Shown here: positions 12,131 to 20,000 of the stretch, piece by piece
Numbering within the stretch: the first letter of the stretch is position 1
Layout: each line of letters opens with the position of its first letter
Source: Veleropilina oligotropha
Lineage: Eukaryota
NCBI GenBank assembly: GCA_048128005.1
Contig: JBEUKZ010000075.1
Location: 181,115 to 201,114 of the forward strand
Reading direction: 5' to 3'
Length of the DNA: 20,000 nt
The notes under the pieces: model-generated
Told to the model about the DNA's origin: nothing
The model's database searches: none
What the model saw: only the letters and a program-made list of their open reading frames with translations
Position numbers and translations under genes: made by a program

Positions 12131-12606
12131 GTACCCTAACGGAATGATATGTGTCATGAATAAATGAACATCGTAATCATGATTGAAAACCATCTCTCAA
12201 ACATGCATATATAAATGAGTGAAATTCAATATGGTGTTACGAGATATATGAAATTGGTCATATTTCCAATGTTTTCTGTCACTTTTGACCTAGATATTGA
12301 CCTTAATGCCAATTATTGACTTTTAACGACCACTAAAGTGTCACCAAATGAAAGACCATGCTGCAGTTAGTTTTAAATGATAGTTTAAATTTGCTTCTGT
12401 GTAATTTAATTCCGATTTTATACCCACTTGGATATTTTCCGCATTTTTATGGCGGCCATCTTGAAATTGAGTGAATTTTCGGGTTTGCCATGGATGGATT
12501 CGGGTGGGTTTTTTTTCCTGTTATATTATACCATCAACGAACCTATTCCAGAAAAATTGCTTTGATAACATTTTTGTCCAACCTAAGTCGTTCGTTGCTG
12601 AGACTA
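12131..12606 (-). repeat. Right long TIR of Academ
   Basis: Inverted partner of 7988-8470. Confidence 0.9.
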
Positions 12607-12754
12607 TTAAGGAGTTCGTATTGAAACTCTATTAAGAAAGACATGTACATTGCATCAGTGACCGATAGTTAATGAAGTGTGAAATACAACTCACCGTCAC
12701 TGACGTTCGACCTTGAGTCGACAATACAATTTTGTGCACGACGCACGAAATGTA

Positions 12755-12778
12755 TTAAGCCATGTAGCGCCCGTCTGA
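12755..12778 (-). pseudogene. Last codons of the DIRS tyrosine recombinase, separated by the Harbinger insertion
   Basis: Removing 12779-16973 and one TSD gives the in-frame sequence HYLRD(L/S)DGRYMA-stop. Confidence 0.5.
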
Positions 12779-12993
12779 TGCCCGGTTGCGTGTGTCCCGA
12801 TTAAGATGAGATTGGGTCAACTACGACATAAGAAGTTTTTAAGCATCTCTTAAACCTTTCCTGGGTTGCACGACTGTAGTTTGTGTCTTAAGAACTTCCT
12901 AAGCATAGGTGTTTCTGAACCTGGGGGTAGGCAGGTTATAAGAAGTTCTTAAGACACGATTCAGGGTCAGAGTGTACAAAAGTTCTTTAAAAC

Positions 12994-14081
12994 ATGGCCG
13001 AAGATTTTCTAGATCAGTTGGATGCGGTGGATATGGTGGAAAGACTGATTGATCAGAAGAGAGGCTGTTGTGAGACCGAGGGGGAATCCGATGTTGGAGT
13101 ATACAGAGGAGCAATTCCTGCACCGATTTCGACTGTCCAAGGTCGGCGTGATAACGATTTGTGAGAGGTTGGGTCAGCGGCTAGACCATGCCCATGATTA
13201 TGGAACCTCAATCCCACCAATGATACAAATCCTAGTTGCATTGCGTTTCTATGCGTCGAGCTCATTCCCCAGGGGGGGGGGGGAGCTCGGAGAATACAGA
13301 GAGACTTCCATGAAATTGCTGGGATTCCAGGAATAGTGGGAGCCATTGACTGCACCCATGTTGCCATCCGATCACCAGGGGGTGACAGAGCTGAACTCTT
13401 CCGCAATAGGAAAGACTACTTCTCAATCAATGTGCAGGTAAATACAATATTAAATATGCTGTTAGATACTGTTAGTCGATACAATACAGTAACCCCCAAT
13501 TTGTGTGATCCAATAACATATTGTATGATATAGGTTGGAATGGTACTAATCATCTAGTATATGAGCTTACGATATCCATGTTGCAGGTGATAGGCGATGC
13601 AGACCTTAACATCAGGAACATTGTTGCAAGGTGGCCTGGAAGCACACACGATAGCCGCATTTTTTATAATAGTCAGATAGCAGCGCGGTTTGAGAGGAAT
13701 GAGTTGGAGGGCATCCTCATCGGTGATAGTGGCTACCCTCTGCGACAGTACCTCATCACTCCCTTGTTGCGACCCCAGACCCAACCAGAGAGAAGATTCC
13801 AGAGGGCCTTCTGCAGAACAAGAGTCAAAATAAAGAATGTATTTGGGATTTGGAAGCGTCGATTTCCCTGTTTACAGTTGGGGCTACACTTGAAGCTTGA
13901 AACGTCATTGGTAGTGATAGTGGCCTGTGCTGTACTGCACAACTTCTCCCGCATGGATGCTGTCCCAATGCCAGAGAATGATGTTGCTGGAGGAAACGTG
14001 GAAGTACCCGTCCCACAGTTGGACAATCCAAACCAGGGTGGACAGGCAGTCCGAGCAGCACTGATTAGGAATTTTCAGTGA
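12994..14081 (+). pseudogene. Harbinger (HARBI1-like DDE) transposase pseudogene, intron 13438-13586
   Basis: Motifs FRLSK, VALRFYASSSF, GAIDCTH, NRKDYFSINVQ, WPGSTHDSRIF, GDSGYP, FGIWKRRF and ACAVLHN. Frameshifts near 13050 and 13310, an apparent internal deletion near 13270, and the catalytic E replaced by K (RVKIKNVFG). Confidence 0.92.
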
Positions 14082-14142
14082 ATACATAGGGTAAGTCCAT
14101 TGTTTTAAATTGTATTTATTATTTTATACATCTTTACTGATT

Positions 14143-14384
14143 CGGCGCCCGTGTGGTTAGCGAGAAAGACTCCAAAGCTACGTGACCTGTCTGCAATGTC
14201 GCTACCGTTGTGAGTTCGTGCCTGGCGAAGGCAATGTTATGTTGCGTTATCAGATTCAGTTGTCCGTAACTGGCTGGCGCGCGTGGGTTTCACCGGCTAG
14301 TTCGGTCTTTCCTCCCACCAAAGTATGGACATGTCCCGGAAAGGTGTGTTAAGTGGGTCAATAATATCGATTTACTCCTACTCC
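14143..14384 (+). mobile_element. SINE of a related subfamily, inserted between the Harbinger genes
   Basis: Exact 12-bp TSD TCTTTACTGATT at 14131-14142 and 14385-14396; tRNA-like A/B box remnants; shared body cagttgtccgtaactgg...tttcctccc...tatggacatgtcc; (TACTCC)n tail. Confidence 0.85.
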
Positions 14385-15902
14385 TCTTTACTGATTATGT
14401 CTGCACTACTAGTTTACTAGAACATTGTTTAATATGTGAGCAATTCAAGCTTTAAATAGAACAACATATTCAATTTAGTAATCAAGTAACATAATATAAC
14501 AAAACCTAGAGTAACATTCCAGTCCACGTTGTCCCAAAAGCACGAAAATGCATCTTTCAAAATGGGTGCCAAATACTGGTGCCAGGGTCCGCAGGGGTGA
14601 TATCCACTAACTCATCACCATGCTGGACTATGGGTACATGTAGATTGAAACTGTCCTCTTCCAGTTGGCTGGTCACTAGCAGGAAATCTTGTTAGTTGAT
14701 AGGGCACCACATCAACAGGCGTAAATGACGGCTGGGTCACTCTTAAGAGAGGCTGATATACGCGTTGATCTTCAGGTCTGGATACTGAATACGTTGAATG
14801 TCTCCTGTGGACGACAGCGGTCGATGCCTGTAAAGGAGCACGGGACCTGGTGGTGCTGATGTGGGCTGTGGCTGCACTCCCTGTAATGGGGATGCCAGCA
14901 GCTGCACTCCGTGTAGCGAAGAGACCAGTTGTGGGGATGCCGACTGTGGGGATACCAGCAACAATCCTCGAAGGTGGGGAGTTGCTAGTTGTGCTACCTT
15001 CACTCCTTGATCTGGCAGTGGCTCTTGGTGGGCTCCATGGCAGGCCAAGCTCCTTTTGTAATTTCTTCTTTTTCAATGTTAGGACCTCTTCCTTCAGATC
15101 AAATAGTTCCATTTTTCGCTTATGTTGTACTTGTGCCATCATCAGGAGCTGAGACTTGACGTACTCCTGTCGACCCATGTCTACAGGAACTTCGGGAGTG
15201 TGGTGACGAGGTCGATCCTGCTGCACTGCCCTACTACCAGATGGCTGCTCTGTCTGCAAAAATATCAGAAAAACATGTTAAAATAAGGTTGCACCATACC
15301 TGAACGTTACAGCATGTACTGTACTATACAATGTACCAGTATTGTTATTGGGTAACTCTATCGTTTTAAACTAGTCTATACATCGATATTTGTTATCATT
15401 ATTATGTGTTTCATAAGTATGTGCTGTAATGCAATAATATTGTGTGTGTGTAGCGCTACTTACACTTATATAGTTGACGCCCTCATTGATAGACTTTGGG
15501 TCCTCGATGCTTGGATCCGAACTCTGTGCGTCGCTGTGGAACTCCGAATCGTCATCAAATGGGTTCCGCAGACTTTTCATTTGTTGGGGCGTAATGGAGA
15601 GAACTTTATTGGCGATGTCATCAATGGCGTCATCTTGTGACGGGCCTCCACCGGTTCCTTTACGCCCCCGCCTGTAATGTAAATATATATACAGCACAAT
15701 TACCTGTATGCACATAATGACAATTAGACATAATTTAACGTTGAATATTTGCCTTGGTGTGAATGCGATAATTATTTGGATGAAGATGCTACCCGCCACC
15801 TAGTTACCATGCAACATCTTTACATGTAATAATACAAATGATAATTGGTGTTATGTTTTACTCACTTCGTGTGTTGATAACAGGTGATGCAAATGTCATA
15901 TA

Positions 15903-16165
15903 GTGGAGTGGAGTGGATCATGCTTAATGTCCTGTATATTTACAAACATCAGGTTCAAAGCAGGACATGTCCATATTATCGCGGGAGGAAACTCCAGGCA
16001 GCCGGGCAAACCCGCCCTCTCCGACCAGTTACGGACAACTGTGATTCATAGCTGAACAAATGTCCCCGACCGGGATTCGAAGCCACTCATGTTCGTTATC
16101 CAGCGGAATCAAGCCAGTGAGTTCAGAGTCGGCACTCGAGACCACACGGCTGTCGGAGCGGCCCA
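15903..16165 (-). mobile_element. Full-length tRNA-derived SINE in intron 1 of the Myb-like gene
   Basis: TSD CAAATG(T/C)CATATA at 15890-15902 and 16166-16178; head gggccgctccgacagccgtgtggtct...gcttcgaatccc; (TCCAC)n tail. Confidence 0.85.
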
Positions 16166-16188
16166 CAAATGCCATATACAGTGACAGA

Positions 16189-16262
16189 ACGTCATATCAA
16201 TGACATGACGTCATATCAATGACATGACGTCATATCAATGACATGACGTCATATCAATGACA
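16189..16262. repeat. 19-bp perfect tandem repeat, about 3.9 units (ACGTCATATCAATGACATG)
   Basis: Seen directly. Confidence 0.95.
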
Positions 16263-16973
16263 AAAAATCGTATGTAATAAACAGGTTATCATTTTGGGTG
16301 ACGTTCGATATGGGGTAAATATCAGTCACCAATTCGTTACGCCCACTTGTGATATCAAATATGCCCATAAAACCTGAATGATAATCTATAGATACCCAAC
16401 TGACAGATTGACCGTGTTTTTCGTTAGCAAATAAAACTGCATACCTTTCTGCGGCCACCATCTTCTTGGTTTTTTATTTAAGATTTTTCCACAAATCTTT
16501 CAATTGCTTCGATGTTCGTTGATGTACTCCGTGCCTTGAATTAAACATGTCTGTCAACTTCTCCCAAGCAGCATCTTTCTTTGCCACCATCATTGCGTTT
16601 GTCTTCAATAATGCCCTTATCCAATTCAACTAGTTCAAGTAAGGTGTGGCGTTCTAGCTCTGTATAATTCACATTTTTCCCCATGATACGACTGTACCAC
16701 AAGATAGATATATGTTGTGTGCAATGTTTTATACAGGGTCGATGAATAATATTGAATGTCCACGTGCACTTCTTGGAACTCGTAATAAATACACATAACA
16801 ATGCTCAATCATGGCCAAATCAGACTGTAATCCTGACTTGCGTAACTCGGAGTGGAGTGTGATTTGCGCAACGCATTAATCGTCCCTTAAGAAAAGTCAT
16901 AAGAGCGAGTTACAGAAACTCGAGTTTCGAGTATAAGAGTAGGTTGCCCAATACATTGTCACGCAACTGGGCA

Positions 16974-17190
16974 TAAGTCTCGTAAGTAGTGCTTGACGAA
17001 GACGTTGGCACTCTTCCAGTATCCGGCCTCTAATATAACTTGATATTAAGGTAGGCGGAATTCGAGAGATGTGGATATCGCCCTTACATCATGCGCATTA
17101 TTCTGGACTACTTTCCGATCTAATTTTTTAAAGTGTAGGTACAATCCTTCACCGTTTGAGCAATCCAACGAACACAGTAGACTTCGTCAG
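16974..17190 (-). pseudogene. DIRS tyrosine recombinase C-terminal fragment (not in the ORF track)
   Basis: Across frameshifts reads TKSTV-RWIAQTVKDC, AHDVRAISTSL (HxxR) and LEAGYWKSANVFVKHYLRDL (conserved W and catalytic Y). Confidence 0.85.
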
Positions 17191-19354
17191 GCCGCGGGCA
17201 TCTGGGTGGGTGCCAAGACGGCCATCTCGATGGCCCGGCCCATTAATTCAGCCACCCTCTTATAGACAAATCCACCGAATTTGTCGCCAAAGAGGGTCGG
17301 GGCCGAAAGCAGAACGCATCGCAATGGGCGCCGGGTGGGCTCATCTAGCGAGGTCCCTTTAAGGCAAGCATCCCTCCGTAGATGCAACGCATTTCCCAAG
17401 ACACGGGCGGACTCCGACGCACTGGTCTCCATGGCGGCAACAACCTCGTGCAGGTATAATAGGGCGGTCTCTCGGGCATCGGCACCATCCTGCTGTAGGA
17501 CGGCAATCGCCCCATCCAGGAACGAGTCCTGGACGGACGACTGCTGCAGAGCCTGTTGGACGGACCTCTCGAAGGCTTCCAGGGCGGCCCATGGAACCTT
17601 CGCCGACGAGGGAGTCTGACTGGCGGTCAGGCGATGCATCTCTGCGTCGACTCGGGCCGGCTCAGTCGCCTGGCACGGACTGCTACAAGCGATCGGCATC
17701 GATCACTCAGCAGCCCGGAGGTTCTACCCTTGCCGTATCCCAACGGATACTCCGTAAAAGTAGGGGTCTCCACCGCTTTACCACCCTGAATGGACCAGGT
17801 CGCCTTGTCAACGACAAGGTCCGACAATCCAGACTGGGGGAGTACGGGAAGCAGGGGCGCTTCCGGCTCGGCAAAGCGGCGTGCCGCCATCCTGTGCTTA
17901 ACCTGGCTAACGACCGGGAGGTCCGGCAGGTCAAGCACCCCATGAAGCGATAGCACAGCATCTCGCCTTCATTGGGTGGTGGAGATGGGTTTCAGCGTGC
18001 CTGCATGACTCGAGGAGTCATCAGGGCCAACCGACTCAGGACGATCGGTGAGATCGGAGTCCGAGCCCTCGTCAAAACGAGGGTCGACCTCCATCTCTAT
18101 TGCTGGAGCCCGGCTCTGCGCCACGGGCAGAGTGGTAGGGACCTGGTGCGGCTGGGGGCCGGCCTCCAGGCTCTACGCTGGGCCTCGCACTCCGCCGCAA
18201 TCATTGCCTGTATGGTCTCCATCGAGCACCAGGAGGCATGACGGGCGGTGAACTAACAGCCGGTAGGTCTGTCGAGGTCACCGTGGCGCATCGTTGTCGG
18301 GTTGCATGTATGGGGGCGTTCGAATACCAGGGTCTCGATGCCTCTGCGTAGCGGCTGCCGTGAAACAACGGGTCCGAAGGCGAGTTGAAGCCGGCTAGCG
18401 CCCCGTACTGCCGTGGCCACGGACTGTACGGGTTCACCTCTATGCCCGACGACAGGTAGGGTATATACCCGTAGAACTGTCAGTCGAGCGCAACCTGATC
18501 GCCCACACCATCGGTTGAGTGGTCAATGCCAGCACGACCGTCGGTGGGTCCTCCGCTACCGACGTGAGCCCCGGCGTTGTCAGAAGGACCCAAATGGGTC
18601 ACGACAACATCGCCGGATGTCGGAGCAGGTTTCGGTGAGGGTCCAGCACCTACATGTGCGGCAGCTGTATCACCCTTTTCTCTCGTCTGCTCGCCGCCTT
18701 TCGGCGACGAGTGTTCAACAGAAGGACTAGCGGTCCCCTGCTCCACCGAGGCCGGTGGAGAGGGAAAGGACTGCCTGCCATGTTCAGCGGTTAGCCGAAT
18801 CATCCGGTCTGTCTTGCTGGCCAGCAAGGCATGTTGGACAACGGCTACTTGGCCCGAAAAAGGAGGAGGGACAGATCTCGGGCTCCTTTTACCTGAGTCA
18901 CATGCACCGGTTTCACTGCAACGCCCGCCCCTGGGGCCACGGTGGATCCGGAAAAACTGGTGCCGACCAAGGCCCTCTTTCGGTCGACCTCCAGCGTCCC
19001 TGAAGAAGAAGAGGGGGTAAAGTTAGCAAATTTACCAGCCCCTTCTGGGGTATATCCGGAAATCTTAGTTGCCCTGGCCAGCTCCGATTCCGGATAGAGG
19101 AGCGCCCACTGCCGATCCGTCAATGCTGCACACAGTCCGCATAGTTAGGAATGACTACAGCATCTGGTATTCCAGGCGGTCACCCATCCAAGTACTAACC
19201 AGGTTCGACGCTGCTTAACTTCGGTGATCTGACGAGAACCGGTACTTCAACGTGATATGGCCGTAGACTCCCCACTACACGAACGGTGAATCCTACACTC
19301 AGGATGATTAACTGTGTAATCTTTGGGTGCACTTTTATAGGTACACCTACCCAT
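17190..19354 (-). pseudogene. DIRS1-type gag/ORF1, frameshifted and interrupted by a 5S copy
   Basis: ATG at 19354; N-terminal HPECRIHRSC..LCGLC...QW zinc-finger-like motif; GC-rich low-complexity middle; C-terminal GNALHLRRDACL...LFG motif typical of DIRS ORF1. Confidence 0.75.
19153..19268 (-). rRNA. Dispersed 5S rRNA copy, probably a pseudogene or retrocopy
   Basis: Reverse complement GTCTACGGCCATATCACGTTGAAG...GAAGTTAAGC...TTAGTACTTGGATGGGTGACCGCCTGGAATACCAGATGCTGTAGTC is 116 nt. A and C boxes are recognisable; small deletions; no oligo-T terminator. Confidence 0.93.
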
Positions 19355-20000
19355 AGCTAATTACACGAAAGACGGAAAGTGGGTATGGAACGGGAACCTA
19401 GATATATCAGGGTAGTTTGCCAAGCGTGAATTTTACTACTACACAGGTGTGCACCTTACTCGGAAGCTAGAGTAAGACTAGATACTAGTATAGATACTTC
19501 CGATCCGACTGAGAAATGCGCGACACCAACTTTATCTAAACGGCTATTTTTAATAGCAACGTTTAGGTAAGGTCGGAAAATTGAAAACAAGGGGGGATGT
19601 TGATAGAAGGTCTATCAAAACACGACCCGACATCGATTAGGGTGAAATTCAATAGGGGAGGGGAACGCGTATCACAGGATTGGCAGATTAACCCAAAATA
19701 TTTATAAATAATTGACACAAAATCTGCCTACTAGAGACTGTTAAATTTGGAACCAAACTTAAGCAAGAGAACGTCTCTAGGGAGTTATCCCATAGTATAC
19801 AATTAAATTAACAATGTAATCACAGTATACAAAGATCAAATTTAGAAATTAAGCTTAGCTGAATTTCTGATTCCCTCTAGGCAGCCTTTGTTGATATTGT
19901 TGACAATATCCAAGATGGCGGCAAAAATGGCGGGAAAAGTCTTTAGCAAGAATGATATCTTTTCTTTCACAAATCACTCTTTTCCGTAAATCTGGAAGAC

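Larger units (their letters stand above)
7988..12606 (+). mobile_element. Academ (AcademX-type) DNA transposon, internally deleted and decayed
   Basis: Termini TAGTCTCAGCAACGAACG...CGTTCGTTGCTGAGACTA; 3-bp TSD TTA at 7985-7987 and 12607-12609; imperfect TIRs of about 480 bp; encodes a DDE plus XPG-like plus Cys-rich protein. Confidence 0.9.
14615..16684 (-). pseudogene. Harbinger Myb/SANT-like DNA-binding protein gene; exons 16684-16445, 15671-15464, 15253-14615
   Basis: NYTELERHTLLELV...KDAAWEKLTDMFNS...RTSKQLKDLWKNLK (Myb/SANT), then KGTGGGP after a GT-AG intron, then a coiled coil. Splice phases are consistent. Frameshift and stop in exon 1. Confidence 0.85.
12779..16973 (+). mobile_element. 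PIF/Harbinger DNA transposon with two convergent genes, decayed
   Basis: 14-bp TIRs TGCCCGGTTGCGTG and TGCCCAGTTGCGTG (13/14 match); flanks TGA and TAA (TNA-type TSD, one mismatch); transposase plus Myb/SANT gene inside. Confidence 0.85.

Noticed and set aside
12994..16684. Domesticated HARBI1/NAIF1-like host genes
   Set aside because: TIRs and a TSD-like flank are present, both genes have frameshifts or stops, and the catalytic E is lost.
17071..19020. Many overlapping plus-strand ORFs
   Set aside because: Antisense shadows of the GC-rich DIRS gag; no recognisable motifs.
19153..19268. Functional 5S gene or rDNA array
   Set aside because: Single copy with small deletions and no oligo-T terminator, interrupting a TE ORF.
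19360..20000. Left ITR of the DIRS element
   Set aside because: No convincing inverted match to 6890-7100 was found by eye; it is probably outside the window or lost. The AAGATGGCGG-type motifs at 19911-19933 are too short to call.

Overview
Eukaryotic, transposon-dense genomic DNA with GT-AG introns, probably from a lophotrochozoan invertebrate (inferred from the 5S sequence and SINE type). The only host gene is a minus-strand SLC16/monocarboxylate-transporter-like MFS gene: exons 3759-4547 and 2322-2569, plus a truncated upstream exon end present twice, at 6075 and 6826. Most of the remainder reads as nested insertions. A degenerate minus-strand DIRS1-type retrotransposon has its 3' ICR/ITR end at 6853-7255, a tyrosine-recombinase C-terminus at 12755-12778 plus 16974-17190, and gag at 17190-19354. 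It appears to have inserted into the SLC16 exon. It is interrupted by an intron-containing Academ DNA transposon (7988-12606), a two-gene Harbinger transposon (12779-16973, carrying two SINEs with TSDs) and a near-full-length 5S rRNA copy in the gag zinc finger (19153-19268). About eight copies of a tRNA-derived SINE family, two LINE fragments, a 21-bp minisatellite and a long (TA)n tract complete the window. All calls are by eye, without database searches.
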